Virus record (IMG/VR): IMGVR_UViG_3300024344_000001
From: a virus
Lineage: Duplodnaviria > Heunggongvirae > Uroviricota > Caudoviricetes
Length of the DNA: 64,000 nucleotides
Reading direction: 5' to 3' (one strand)
The translations under genes and the position numbers were made by a program. The notes beneath the pieces were generated by a model. The model worked only from the letters and a program-made list of their open reading frames with translations, was not told where the DNA came from and searched no databases. Below are positions 53,785 through 62,958 of the stretch, piece by piece; position 1 is the stretch's first letter; every line of letters starts with the position of its first letter.

Positions 53785-55245
53785 TTAGTGCGTTCTTGAG
53801 AAACGAGAAGGATCAGCCAGTCCAGTGTCCAGTCTATCCGCATGGGTTACATACTCCCCACGGTCATCCTTACAGACTACAACGCCCCCATTATTAAGCA
53901 AACGACTCCCCTTTGCTTCATTACATGATTTGCATAACATTTGCAAATTATTGTACTCGGTACTACCGCCCAAACTATGAGGATGAATATGATCTCCCGC
54001 CATTTCATGGAAATCAAACGTTTGATTGCAAGATGGACAGATTTTATCTTGTTCGTGATACCTCATCTGCTTATCGTATTCAGAAAAGTATCTATGAGGA
54101 TCTTTTACTTCAAGAGAGACAGAACCACTAGCGTTAGGATGTGAAGTAATGAAGTCAAACAATATGGAATGTCTAATTCTTCTAAAGTTCTGACCATTAG
54201 CCGCATGGTGAGCATGACCGCTATAACGATAGAACTCATCTACAAATCCATGCTCTGTGATTTTATCCATCTGAGGCAGACTTTGAGTAAAGTAGACTAG
54301 GGCTTCAGAAAACTCTGTTGTATGAATTTCATAGCCTCTCTCATATAGATCCGCAATTAGACATAATATGCTTAAAAGGGCGTTCTTTTTCTTGAAATGT
54401 AAAGACCTAAGACCGCCACAGAGGGAGGCCACTTCTCTAAGAGTTTGAAAAATTCTATCAACCTTTTTGGCAATCTCATACCATTTAATTGTGGTGTCAT
54501 TAGCGTAGTTTTGGAAAAATGGCTCTAATTCATAATTGTTTGGATGATCGTGCTTAATCATAAAACTAATTAAGCAACCCAAAATCTTACCATCATCCTG
54601 TTGTCTAATTCCCTTTTTACCGACTGTAGACTCCGAGAAGATATCTGCATACTTACCATCTAAGGTAGTAAACGGCATAATTACTTCCTGCACCAAAGGT
54701 GATCTTCTAAATTGAGATCTTAGTAGTTCCTGTGGATTTACTTTGCAGCTAAGATTCAAGGACTGAAACAAATAGTCTTTTAGTTCGTCAATATCATCTT
54801 CACTTAAACCTGCTGTTTCATAAATAACAGTGCATAGTTCATAACGTCTAAACACATTTTTCTCGCTAGATGTGAGATCTTCCCATTTTTTACCATCAAG
54901 ATGACTATCAAACAAATACGGTATAGCCGCTTTGTTTTGCTTCAATCTAAGTTCATTATTTATGAACTTTTTTAGAGTCTCAGATCTTTGCTGACCATCA
55001 ATAGACTCATACCATACTTTTACTTCTACTCCATTAGCATCTTCTTCTGATCTTTCAAGCATATAGATTTTAGGAATATCTACTCCTAGATAGACAGAGT
55101 TTATGAAACTAACCTCATAGGCATATGACCACACAAAATCCCTTTGGTGTTTACCCCCTAACTGGATCTCTCCCTCATTTATTTGCCTAACAATATCACT
55201 AACAGACACAACCTTTGTCTTAGAATTCCATCTTTTTGTATTCAT
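53785..55245 (-). CDS. DUF262 (ParB/GmrS-like) + C-terminal HNH nuclease fusion (GmrSD/BrxU-type architecture)
   Basis: DUF262 motifs LGGKHQRDFVWSYAYEVSFINSVYLGVDIPKIYM and IDGQQRSETL; C-terminal HNH CPSCNQTFDFHEMAGDHIHPHSLGGSTEYNNLQMLCKSCN. Confidence 0.7.
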   Translation of the reverse strand: MNTKRWNSKTKVVSVSDIVRQINEGEIQLGGKHQRDFVWSYAYEVSFINSVYLGVDIPKIYMLERSEEDANGVEVKVWYESIDGQQRSETLKKFINNELRLKQNKAAIPYLFDSHLDGKKWEDLTSSEKNVFRRYELCTVIYETAGLSEDDIDELKDYLFQSLNLSCKVNPQELLRSQFRRSPLVQEVIMPFTTLDGKYADIFSESTVGKKGIRQQDDGKILGCLISFMIKHDHPNNYELEPFFQNYANDTTIKWYEIAKKVDRIFQTLREVASLCGGLRSLHFKKKNALLSILCLIADLYERGYEIHTTEFSEALVYFTQSLPQMDKITEHGFVDEFYRYSGHAHHAANGQNFRRIRHSILFDFITSHPNASGSVSLEVKDPHRYFSEYDKQMRYHEQDKICPSCNQTFDFHEMAGDHIHPHSLGGSTEYNNLQMLCKSCNEAKGSRLLNNGGVVVCKDDRGEYVTHADRLDTGLADPSRFSRTH

Positions 55246-55816
55246 TATACACCTTTACTATAGTAGGTTTTAGCCACTGATTCTTAGGAGAGATAATATC
55301 GGTCTCCGTTACCCGAATAAACAAACGGCGTTCTGATACATTACTTACGGAAGCACGATGTACCAGTCGCCCATAAGTAATAAAACGTGATGGTGGAATG
55401 ATAGCTACTTCCTGACCATTGCAGAAGTTGTTGAACTTCGTAAGGTATCCACTCTCAGGAATATCAACGACTAAGTCGTTAGCTAAAAACGAAGTCAAAC
55501 ACTTACCAAAACAGATAAGGTGGTTAACTTCTTCACGGCGATCATCGCATGGATGGTTTACGGAGTCAATATGCCAGTTAGGCAACGCCGGTACCACACT
55601 AGGCTCAAGATCATGAACTTTGATATCGATCACAACGTGCTTATGATTACCCACTAACGGGGCCTTATCTACCAATCCGCATATCTCTGGTGAGAAGTGC
55701 TTGCCCACAAAGCTGCGTGAAGCATACTTTACGGACTTCTCAGGGTAACCACTAGCAGGAAAATCCTGGAAGTTACCTATTGTGGCGTGATTAAAGCCCC
55801 TTAGTGTGTATTTCAT
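55220..55816 (-). CDS. putative 2OG-Fe(II) oxygenase-like protein (HxD...H...R), overlapping the DUF262-HNH gene
   Basis: NWHIDSVNH (HxD) ... RLVHRASVSNVSERR (distal His + Arg ~10 aa later); 26-nt overlap with the downstream gene. Confidence 0.35.
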   Translation of the reverse strand: MKYTLRGFNHATIGNFQDFPASGYPEKSVKYASRSFVGKHFSPEICGLVDKAPLVGNHKHVVIDIKVHDLEPSVVPALPNWHIDSVNHPCDDRREEVNHLICFGKCLTSFLANDLVVDIPESGYLTKFNNFCNGQEVAIIPPSRFITYGRLVHRASVSNVSERRLFIRVTETDIISPKNQWLKPTIVKVYNEYKKMEF

Positions 55817-56178
55817 TAGTTCATTTCCAGTTCAGTAACCTGGTGAAGAATAATTCCGTACTTATCGAAGAACTCTACACGTTCCTGTAGAGAGACCTTC
55901 TTAAAGTCAAAGTTAGAACCCCATTCCCACTCGCCGCCGAAGTATTTATCGATATCTTCAGCATCTGGTTGTTTCCAACCAAATACATCAGAGACCGTCA
56001 TATCGAATGAGCCAATGTCGTTACTAATGAATTCCCCTACTTTGGATTCATCACTGGTAACAAAACAGGCTGGCTCCCATCCTGACTCGTCATAGGTTTC
56101 GTCGTTGTACTGATAGTGACGACGATGCACTACATAGACTTTAGTACCCACATTCATACCAATCTTTCTGAATACCAT
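55816..56178 (-). CDS. small acidic protein (member of a tandem array)
   Basis: ORF; acidic; start/stop overlaps with neighbours. Confidence 0.4.
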   Translation of the reverse strand: MVFRKIGMNVGTKVYVVHRRHYQYNDETYDESGWEPACFVTSDESKVGEFISNDIGSFDMTVSDVFGWKQPDAEDIDKYFGGEWEWGSNFDFKKVSLQERVEFFDKYGIILHQVTELEMN

Positions 56179-56521
56179 TTTTAGTAATGATCAGACGAAA
56201 GTCTGTATCCCAGATAGCCTGCTCAATCACAGTAGGAATAGAGCGGAACAACTTAGAAATCTTGTTGTTGTTATTATTCCACTGTTTTCCATCATGAATT
56301 TCAAAGTCACCATTCGCAACCCAGTCATAATCTATACCAGAGGTATGCTCACAGGGATCGCCGTCATTAAAACCAGGGGTCCATCCGATATATGAATACG
56401 AATGATCCTCATGATCGTCAGCCAAAATCTCACGGACTTCAGCTTCAACCTTATCCTTAACTTCGTTCTTGGCTTTAGCAAAAGCTTCATTAAAGTCCGC
56501 TACAGCAGTTTCAACAGACAT
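56141..56521 (-). CDS. small acidic protein, paralog of 56531-56956
   Basis: Shared motif GFNDGDPCEH vs YFNDGDACEY. Confidence 0.4.
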   Translation of the reverse strand: MSVETAVADFNEAFAKAKNEVKDKVEAEVREILADDHEDHSYSYIGWTPGFNDGDPCEHTSGIDYDWVANGDFEIHDGKQWNNNNNKISKLFRSIPTVIEQAIWDTDFRLIITKNGIQKDWYECGY

Positions 56522-56530
56522 AATTACCCC

Positions 56531-56956
56531 CTAGTCGTGGTTGTGATATTCTTCAACGGTAAATCCATCTTTGGAAAGATAGAATTTTGTATGAGAACCG
56601 AAAGTGTCTTCCAACACATCTTCTGGAATAGAATAGATTAGTTCTTCAACCTTCTTGAACCAAGGCTTGTCATAGAAACTAACCCATTCGCCAGTCTCTT
56701 CATCTTCAGCCTCTTCAATAACATAGACACTGTATTCACAAGCATCGCCGTCATTGAAATAAGGGACGTAAGCATTAACCTCAACCGTAAGGTTAATATC
56801 TTCCTGTTCAAACAGTTCTTTAATGGCTGGACTTAGAAGCCTACTAACCTCTTCGCCCAGAATCTTCTTCTGCTTCTCATAAGCTTCGGTAATAGGACCG
56901 ATCTTATCCTTATATGTCTGTACTGCGTCATTGACACTCATTACCGTACTCCACAA
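56531..56956 (-). CDS. small acidic protein, paralog of 56141-56521
   Basis: Shared NDGD.CE motif. Confidence 0.4.
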   Translation of the reverse strand: MWSTVMSVNDAVQTYKDKIGPITEAYEKQKKILGEEVSRLLSPAIKELFEQEDINLTVEVNAYVPYFNDGDACEYSVYVIEEAEDEETGEWVSFYDKPWFKKVEELIYSIPEDVLEDTFGSHTKFYLSKDGFTVEEYHNHD

Positions 56957-57146
56957 TTCTAGCTAGACATTCTAGCTCAAAGGCTGACATACCCCACGGC
57001 ACGTCATAGGATTCAAACGTATCCGTTAGTTTAGGATCATCGTAACGATAGATGCACCCAATATAACGGTTATTCATAAACACTGATTCAATATGATTCC
57101 CCTGTTCGCGTACAGTGAACAGGTTAGGAACCGAAGAACAAATCAT
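56928..57146 (-). CDS. small protein
   Basis: ORF. Confidence 0.35.
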   Translation of the reverse strand: MICSSVPNLFTVREQGNHIESVFMNNRYIGCIYRYDDPKLTDTFESYDVPWGMSAFELECLARIVEYGNECQ

Positions 57147-57666
57147 AAACTATGTACCCTCTATGAGTATGTTTCTTGTGCATTATCCAATCCTCAAGAA
57201 AAACATGATCTGTAATATCGGAATTTACATGATCAGAGGCAAACTGCATAATATCTCGACAGGTAGGATTAGTCAATACTTTGTAGTGAACTATTTCCTG
57301 TTCAGACCCATCGTCATCATATCCCCAAGTGACCAATCGTAGGGCAACCTCGTCCTCAATCATCGCCTTATCAGTCCATAGATCGTCCTCATGACCTGCT
57401 GACCATTGAACATCGCCATCAAACTCTTCAGTAAACTTATACTCTAAAATCATACGGCGTTCAATTTCAGTATTTTTCATATCTTGAAACACTTTTTCTT
57501 CTGGACTTAATACATAATCCCAAGCAGTAACACGAATACCTGCCCCATGAATTTCAGACAGCATATCCTCAAGTCGGTTTGGAATTTTTGATATTTCGCC
57601 GTCTGGAATATCCATCTTTTGAACACCAGAGAACTCTTTAACAAACTGGAATGTTACTTTAGCCAT
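57124..57666 (-). CDS. acidic protein
   Basis: ORF. Confidence 0.4.
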   Translation of the reverse strand: MAKVTFQFVKEFSGVQKMDIPDGEISKIPNRLEDMLSEIHGAGIRVTAWDYVLSPEEKVFQDMKNTEIERRMILEYKFTEEFDGDVQWSAGHEDDLWTDKAMIEDEVALRLVTWGYDDDGSEQEIVHYKVLTNPTCRDIMQFASDHVNSDITDHVFLEDWIMHKKHTHRGYIVYDLFFGS

Positions 57667-57868
57667 GCTGGCTTACCTCTCTGTAATAGTGAATGTTACC
57701 TTCGGAATCAAGACCACCGTTGTAGCCCCAATAAAATTCCCTAGCAAAACCAAATTTACTATCTTCTTTCCTAAAGCCACAAATCTCAACATATGTATTT
57801 GGTGATACGGGCATAGACCAATGAAGTCGTTCTTTCCATTCTGGTTTATCGGCCATCACACCCTCCAA
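57659..57868 (-). CDS. small protein
   Basis: ORF. Confidence 0.35.
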   Translation of the reverse strand: MEGVMADKPEWKERLHWSMPVSPNTYVEICGFRKEDSKFGFAREFYWGYNGGLDSEGNIHYYREVSQHG

Positions 57869-58122
57869 GGATTAGGTACCATGTGATCGTCAATACTATG
57901 TTCATCAATGAAACGCTGAAAGTAGTTTAGGTCTGGGCCGCGAAGTTTTACTTCCCTATGACAAGGGACGTGTCCTTCTTTAAGTTGCCTGTAATAGACC
58001 AACTCTAAGTCTAGCTCATTACGCTCAATGAAGTCAAGAATGTATCCTTCAATGATATGATGCTCGTTCTCAGTCAAGTCAAGACAGAAGTATGATTCAT
58101 CCCTCATGTTCCGTAACCCCAT
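57856..58122 (-). CDS. small protein, first gene after the promoter at 58159-58186
   Basis: ORF. Confidence 0.4.
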   Translation of the reverse strand: MGLRNMRDESYFCLDLTENEHHIIEGYILDFIERNELDLELVYYRQLKEGHVPCHREVKLRGPDLNYFQRFIDEHSIDDHMVPNPWRV

Positions 58123-58158
58123 GCCTTCAATGAATACTCAAATGGTTTACCTAGATGG

Positions 58159-58186
58159 ATTATACCACGCCGTCCGCCGTTGTCAA
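58159..58186 (-). promoter_or_regulatory. sigma70 consensus promoter (TTGACA-N16-TGGTATAAT)
   Basis: rc: cttgacaacggcggacggcgtggtataatcc. Confidence 0.7.
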
Positions 58187-58363
58187 GTGCTTTTGGGCGA
58201 TTTTTCGGACCAAATCCAGAAATTGGTCGCTGGTCAGCCCTACAAACTCCCCCGTAGATTCAGTCCAGGACTTATCTTCAGGGGGAGTGCTAGGAGCGTG
58301 TGGAGTGCTAGGAGCCTTACGAATATAAGTTTGCCTTGGAGGCTCTGGTTTCTCAGCAGTCAT
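58160..58363 (-). CDS. Pro/Ser/Thr-rich small protein
   Basis: ORF; its 3' end overlaps the promoter. Confidence 0.3.
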   Translation of the reverse strand: MTAEKPEPPRQTYIRKAPSTPHAPSTPPEDKSWTESTGEFVGLTSDQFLDLVRKIAQKHLTTADGVV

Positions 58364-58651
58364 CCAAGAAAAATCAGCCTCGTTAACTCCAGCCGCAGCT
58401 ATAATAACAACTACTGCTAGACAAAGCTAGGCTAATACCTTATGCCTGGTTGTACTCATATCTAAATACTTCCGAGCTATCCTTCTAACGTCCATACCTA
58501 ATCCTTTCCCATGCCCTCTGTGGACAGTATATTACTAGATACAACACTATTAGCACAGATACGGCTAACAACGCAACAGAGTAGTTTCTAACTTCCTTGA
58601 AAGAGAAAGCTAGTCCAAGTAACCCTAATATAATCATGACTGCCCAAACGT

Positions 58652-58948
58652 TCATGGGTCGCCCTTTCTAAAACGGTACTGTCTGTAATAAACATACGTA
58701 GAATTAAAGTGCTTCTTAATGATACTGGCTAATGCCTGATCTCTAGCACTCTCTGTTGAATATTTCCTGTATAACTTCCAAGTATGACCATCACGACCAA
58801 ACCCAAACTGAGAGTCAGGGTTTGGGTGACGCATGTACTCAATAGTGAACTTCTTCTTTTTCTTCTTCTTCTTCTTCGAAGGCTTTACACATTCGCTCTC
58901 ATTGATCTGTGGACCCTTATCGCGGGGTGCATTCCAATCACTGCCCAT
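58652..58948 (-). CDS. hypothetical protein with an 11-residue poly-Lys tract
   Basis: KKKKKKKKKKK encoded by (ctt)n at 58850-58882. Confidence 0.4.
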   Translation of the reverse strand: MGSDWNAPRDKGPQINESECVKPSKKKKKKKKKFTIEYMRHPNPDSQFGFGRDGHTWKLYRKYSTESARDQALASIIKKHFNSTYVYYRQYRFRKGDP

Positions 58949-59555
58949 GCCAATCTTCCTCAGTGAACCAATTACTAAACTGATCAGAGTCTAAGATAAA
59001 ACCCATCTTATCACCCATATAGGGGATAGGATAGCAATTATCTACATACTTATCATACAGTCTCTTAACAGTATCATTACACATGATACCCCATCGCAAA
59101 GCTTTATGTTCAATAGCATCTTCAATGTTCTCAACATGACTCTCCCAGTCATGATTCTTTGGCTTACGGAGATTTCTAATACTGGAGTTACTGTTATAGA
59201 CAAACAGAATACCAGCATTCTCATTCACGTAAGCTTTAAGGTCAGCAATCTTCAGGGTGAACTTACCAGCAGTAGGAACCCACTTGACCTCAAGGGGCAT
59301 ACCTTCGTACACATGACCGGCGTATTTCATAGTAACCCGGTAGTCTGCACCAAAGGTACTCTTACCAGTCTCAATGTACTCGCCGTCGTTATTAACGCCG
59401 TTGTCGGACCAGTGAGTAACGTTGATGTTACTATACAGTTCCGTTTCTTTCAACCAACCTTGAAAAAAGTAAGACTCCAGCTTAGTACCGAACTTAATGT
59501 CTTTCTTAAACTGGGCCTTACTTCTATTATCGAATCTGCGATCAGACATGCTCAT
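58938..59555 (-). CDS. hypothetical protein (possible PD-(D/E)XK fold)
   Basis: GADYRV...LEVKWV resembles the D..ExK pattern. Confidence 0.4.
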   Translation of the reverse strand: MSMSDRRFDNRSKAQFKKDIKFGTKLESYFFQGWLKETELYSNINVTHWSDNGVNNDGEYIETGKSTFGADYRVTMKYAGHVYEGMPLEVKWVPTAGKFTLKIADLKAYVNENAGILFVYNSNSSIRNLRKPKNHDWESHVENIEDAIEHKALRWGIMCNDTVKRLYDKYVDNCYPIPYMGDKMGFILDSDQFSNWFTEEDWHGQ

Positions 59556-59557
59556 TC

Positions 59558-60289
59558 CTAAACATCAAAAGTTAAGGGAGGATTGACCGTCACATAAACG
59601 ATCTTCTTCAGTCCTTGGTCATACTTGTGAATAGTGTTTGAGGCATTCACAAACATAGGACCGTTACCGCATTTGATACCATGATTAGTAACGCCCGTTC
59701 TATTGTGAATGTGACCAAAGATGTGAGCGGACAGATTATCTAACTGATCTACTCTCCACCTAAGAGAACCACAACCACACTGAACGTAACCACCATTCTT
59801 ATCTTCCTTATCAACAGAAATGTCAAGATAACCCTGCGGTGGACCGTGAGTAATCAAAACATTCGTATCATCAGGAATACCATTCCAGACATGACCGATT
59901 CTATGACGCTTCATATTCCACGCCCAACCACTTCCGTAATTAGGAGTGTACGGCGAGCCAAAGAATCTAACCCCATCAATCATAATGGGGCGGTTAATCA
60001 AAATCTCAAGGTTGTACCACTCGTCATCATCCCATCTGATTAGACCAGCACACATAGACGTATCATGGTTACCAGGGACAAAGATTTTGTGTTCCCAGTT
60101 AGGAATAGCACTAAACCAATTCAGAAAGTCAATCAGTTCCTTTTCATTTAGGATAGGATTCTTTTGATTAGCACCATCACCCGCATGAACGAGAACTTCG
60201 CCGCCTGTTTTCAAAATATCTGTGAGATCGTCGTGTCTGCCGTGTGTATCACTAATAGCCGTGATCTTCATTGGACTGTTGTAAATCAT
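59558..60289 (-). CDS. calcineurin-like metallophosphoesterase (lambda PPase/ApaH-like)
   Basis: Motifs ISDTHG, GDG, GNHD, THGPP. Confidence 0.7.
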   Translation of the reverse strand: MIYNSPMKITAISDTHGRHDDLTDILKTGGEVLVHAGDGANQKNPILNEKELIDFLNWFSAIPNWEHKIFVPGNHDTSMCAGLIRWDDDEWYNLEILINRPIMIDGVRFFGSPYTPNYGSGWAWNMKRHRIGHVWNGIPDDTNVLITHGPPQGYLDISVDKEDKNGGYVQCGCGSLRWRVDQLDNLSAHIFGHIHNRTGVTNHGIKCGNGPMFVNASNTIHKYDQGLKKIVYVTVNPPLTFDV

Positions 60290-61001
60290 AATCCACTATC
60301 ACAATTTCTTTGGACGAATACTGAATGAGATATGTCCCACTCTCTACCCAATCCCCGCAGTTGTAATAGTCTATACCATTTACCCTTTTCTTCTCTGCAA
60401 TGTGCGTATGTCCGCATACGATGGTACCGCAATTTAGCCTCTTAGCGGTTGATGCGGCGTTCTCATAAAATCCGTTCAAATGACTGAATATCTTCTTACC
60501 AGTCTGTTTAATCAATTTAGATGGGGCGAAGGGATCGCGTATCACCTTAGACAGAGGGAACCTTAACCAGCGGTTCATTCTCTGAATCATGTTATACGCG
60601 AAGTCACCCAAATGGTAGATGATTCTCTGTTCTTCGGACAGATTATCAAAAGAATCGCCGTGAATAAAGAGAGTGTCATCTGCAACGTAGTGATTCATGA
60701 TCTCAATACCAAAGGCTTTATGCCCGTCAAATATCTTCAGGTATTCGTCATGATTACCAGGAATGTATATTACCCTGGTTGTTTTTGCAATATCAAGTAT
60801 GGTTTCTATTAGCTCAGAATACTTCTCGCCGTCCCACTTGATCTTATACTTCATTCTCCAGAAGTCTAGAATATCCCCGCATAGAATCAGTTCCCTACAC
60901 TTGTACGTGTTTAGTACATCGAGTAAACCTTTGATTCTAGTGTATCCACCCCCTAGATGTATGTCAGAGATACAAAGTCTCTTGACTGGGATTTTATACA
61001 T
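60252..61001 (-). CDS. LpxH-like metallophosphoesterase (UDP-2,3-diacylglucosamine hydrolase family)
   Basis: CISDIHLG, ILCGDILDFW, IPGNHDE, FIHGDSF, CGHTH - these match the LpxH motif order. Confidence 0.65.
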   Translation of the reverse strand: MYKIPVKRLCISDIHLGGGYTRIKGLLDVLNTYKCRELILCGDILDFWRMKYKIKWDGEKYSELIETILDIAKTTRVIYIPGNHDEYLKIFDGHKAFGIEIMNHYVADDTLFIHGDSFDNLSEEQRIIYHLGDFAYNMIQRMNRWLRFPLSKVIRDPFAPSKLIKQTGKKIFSHLNGFYENAASTAKRLNCGTIVCGHTHIAEKKRVNGIDYYNCGDWVESGTYLIQYSSKEIVIVDYDLQQSNEDHGY

Positions 61002-61022
61002 AACCGGTTCTGACTTCTTGTC

Positions 61023-61481
61023 TTACCAGCCGCAATAGAACCTAATAGCCTCGGTGATAGGTGTGTTAGATATTCTGTTACTGAAGTTAAACAATGACCC
61101 CTCTGCATAGAAGGATAGATAGCAGAATAACAGTAGTTGAAAAAACAATACTGCGATCAAGGCTATCCTATATCTACTGTAAGCTACCCGTATAGCAAGA
61201 AAACATGCTAACAGAGTTGTAAAGGCTTTAACAGTTACGAGTAATGATACTCCACCGTATTCGATGAACCACTTGGCAATTGGATTTTCCTCGTGCTCTA
61301 ACAGATTGTCTCCGTATATGACATTCAGGGTGTTATCGTACACTGAAATCATACACACAATAAAGACAATTGCTAAATACAGGAGGTTGCGACGAGTTTC
61401 TTGTGGAAGCGTTGGCATGGGTAAGACAAGGTTAGAGTCTTGTGAGCTTACCCTATTATACACTAATCCATCAGATAACAT
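61023..61481 (-). CDS. integral membrane protein
   Basis: 3-4 hydrophobic helices. Confidence 0.45.
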   Translation of the reverse strand: MLSDGLVYNRVSSQDSNLVLPMPTLPQETRRNLLYLAIVFIVCMISVYDNTLNVIYGDNLLEHEENPIAKWFIEYGGVSLLVTVKAFTTLLACFLAIRVAYSRYRIALIAVLFFQLLLFCYLSFYAEGSLFNFSNRISNTPITEAIRFYCGW

Positions 61482-61485
61482 AAGA
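61455..61485 (-). promoter_or_regulatory. promoter-like TGTGTATAAT
   Basis: rc tagtgtataatag. Confidence 0.35.
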
Positions 61486-61776
61486 TTATTTCTCTTGTCG
61501 GAGAGTTCTATCGTATGCTACGCCGTCTTCAATCTCTAAGAAGAAGCTATGAGTAATACAAAAAGTAGGAACAACACTATCATGGGTCATTTTTTTAATC
61601 CAGATGTTTACTCTATAGAAGTTGTCGAATACATGTTTGGTATCTACCTTGTGTATCTTTGTAGAATCACCTAGTGTTAGGTGTGTTTCAAGAAAAGCCT
61701 GTATAGCCTTTTCAGACGACGGTTCTTCTTTTTTATCAACCATCTGAGCCTTAGTTTCTTGGGTGACCGTGTTCAT
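61486..61776 (-). CDS. hypothetical protein
   Basis: ORF. Confidence 0.4.
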   Translation of the reverse strand: MNTVTQETKAQMVDKKEEPSSEKAIQAFLETHLTLGDSTKIHKVDTKHVFDNFYRVNIWIKKMTHDSVVPTFCITHSFFLEIEDGVAYDRTLRQEK

Positions 61777-61780
61777 TGTC

Positions 61781-62152
61781 TTACCTCGAAAAGTCTGCGA
61801 AATCTATCTCGCCATCCAGAAACTTATCCAGATTAGCGGTTTTACCCGACCTATGATCCTTCACGGTACCACGCTTGAAGTGGTATGTGCGAACAGTCTG
61901 AGTATTTTTGATTTTGTAATCACGTCTCTGCTTTTTCTTTGCAGCACGTTCCTCTCTTTCAGCTTCCTTCAGTAGACTCTGAATCTTTTTCAGGGCCTTC
62001 TTCTCGTTCCTGTGATAGTTACGACCACAGACCTTGGTACTGATACCAGTAGGTAAATGTGTAACTCTACATCCAGACTCGGTCTTGTTGATATGCTGAC
62101 CGCCTGGACCTTGACATTTTACTTTTTCAATTTTGAGATCTTTTTTGTTCAC
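61781..62152 (-). CDS. arfB: ArfB/YaeJ-like GGQ-motif peptidyl-tRNA hydrolase (alternative ribosome rescue factor)
   Basis: CQGPGGQHINKTESGCRVTHLPTGI; basic C-terminal tail rich in K/R. Confidence 0.7.
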   Translation of the reverse strand: MNKKDLKIEKVKCQGPGGQHINKTESGCRVTHLPTGISTKVCGRNYHRNEKKALKKIQSLLKEAEREERAAKKKQRRDYKIKNTQTVRTYHFKRGTVKDHRSGKTANLDKFLDGEIDFADFSR

Positions 62153-62350
62153 CGTTCCACTCTTAGTTAATAACCACGACGGGGATTACTTCATCCTCGT
62201 CATCTAATTCAGTTTGAGTATCTTCTTCACATAAGAGATCTGGACGATACTCGTCTTTATCCTGTTCTAGCACATACATCTTACTACCACCTACTAAAGT
62301 CCAGTAAGCATAAATGACCAGCAGGCACAGAATGAACTACCCTGCATCCG

Positions 62351-62378
62351 ATTGTAGCACGCCTTTCGCCTTTGTCAA
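62351..62378 (-). promoter_or_regulatory. sigma70 consensus promoter (TTGACA-N16-TACAAT) upstream of arfB-like gene
   Basis: rc: cttgacaaaggcgaaaggcgtgctacaatcg. Confidence 0.6.
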
Positions 62379-62956
62379 GCGTTTTCTTCCGCGAAATCTT
62401 CTTCGTCGTACGTTAGTTCATTTAACTCTGTGGTAAATGTATCATTGTCTGGGAGATTATCCAGATCATAAGACTTCAGAAGTTTGATTGGGTAGTATTG
62501 CTCACCAACACTATAATCACGCAGTTCTTCTGAATAGAATCTTTCTGTCTCTGCGATTGGTTCTGTCTGGAACCCAGTATACACTTCGAGTGTAGTATTA
62601 TCGAAGTCAATGATGTATGCCCACTCACAGAATAGTGAGTATTTCGCAAACTCGATAGAGTTTACAAGGCCGAGAGGCTCGTCCAGAACCATATTGAGAA
62701 TGTCTGCCCCATGATCTCTGGATAGTTGAGGATATGTTTGCATCCAATCGTCACCTAAGTCATCGATCTCTTTTTCTGTGTAGAAATAGCACGCATGTAG
62801 GTTATTGAGGAATTGCTCAAATGATTCTTCACTCAAGCTATTGAGGAAGTTAATCACTGTAGCACCCTGGCCTTCAGGATAACCATCCCACTGCCCGTAC
62901 TGAGCTACTTTTAATTCACCATTAGAGTATACAGCAGTAAGATTACGAGTTCCCAT
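62375..62956 (-). CDS. hypothetical acidic protein
   Basis: ORF. Confidence 0.4.
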   Translation of the reverse strand: MGTRNLTAVYSNGELKVAQYGQWDGYPEGQGATVINFLNSLSEESFEQFLNNLHACYFYTEKEIDDLGDDWMQTYPQLSRDHGADILNMVLDEPLGLVNSIEFAKYSLFCEWAYIIDFDNTTLEVYTGFQTEPIAETERFYSEELRDYSVGEQYYPIKLLKSYDLDNLPDNDTFTTELNELTYDEEDFAEENA

Positions 62957-62958
62957 GA

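Noticed and set aside
58106-59561. Plus-strand ORFs 58106-58420, 58784-58966 and 59106-59561
   Set aside because: They are antisense to minus-strand genes and to the consensus promoter; 58784-58966 is merely the poly-Leu translation of the antisense poly-Lys tract
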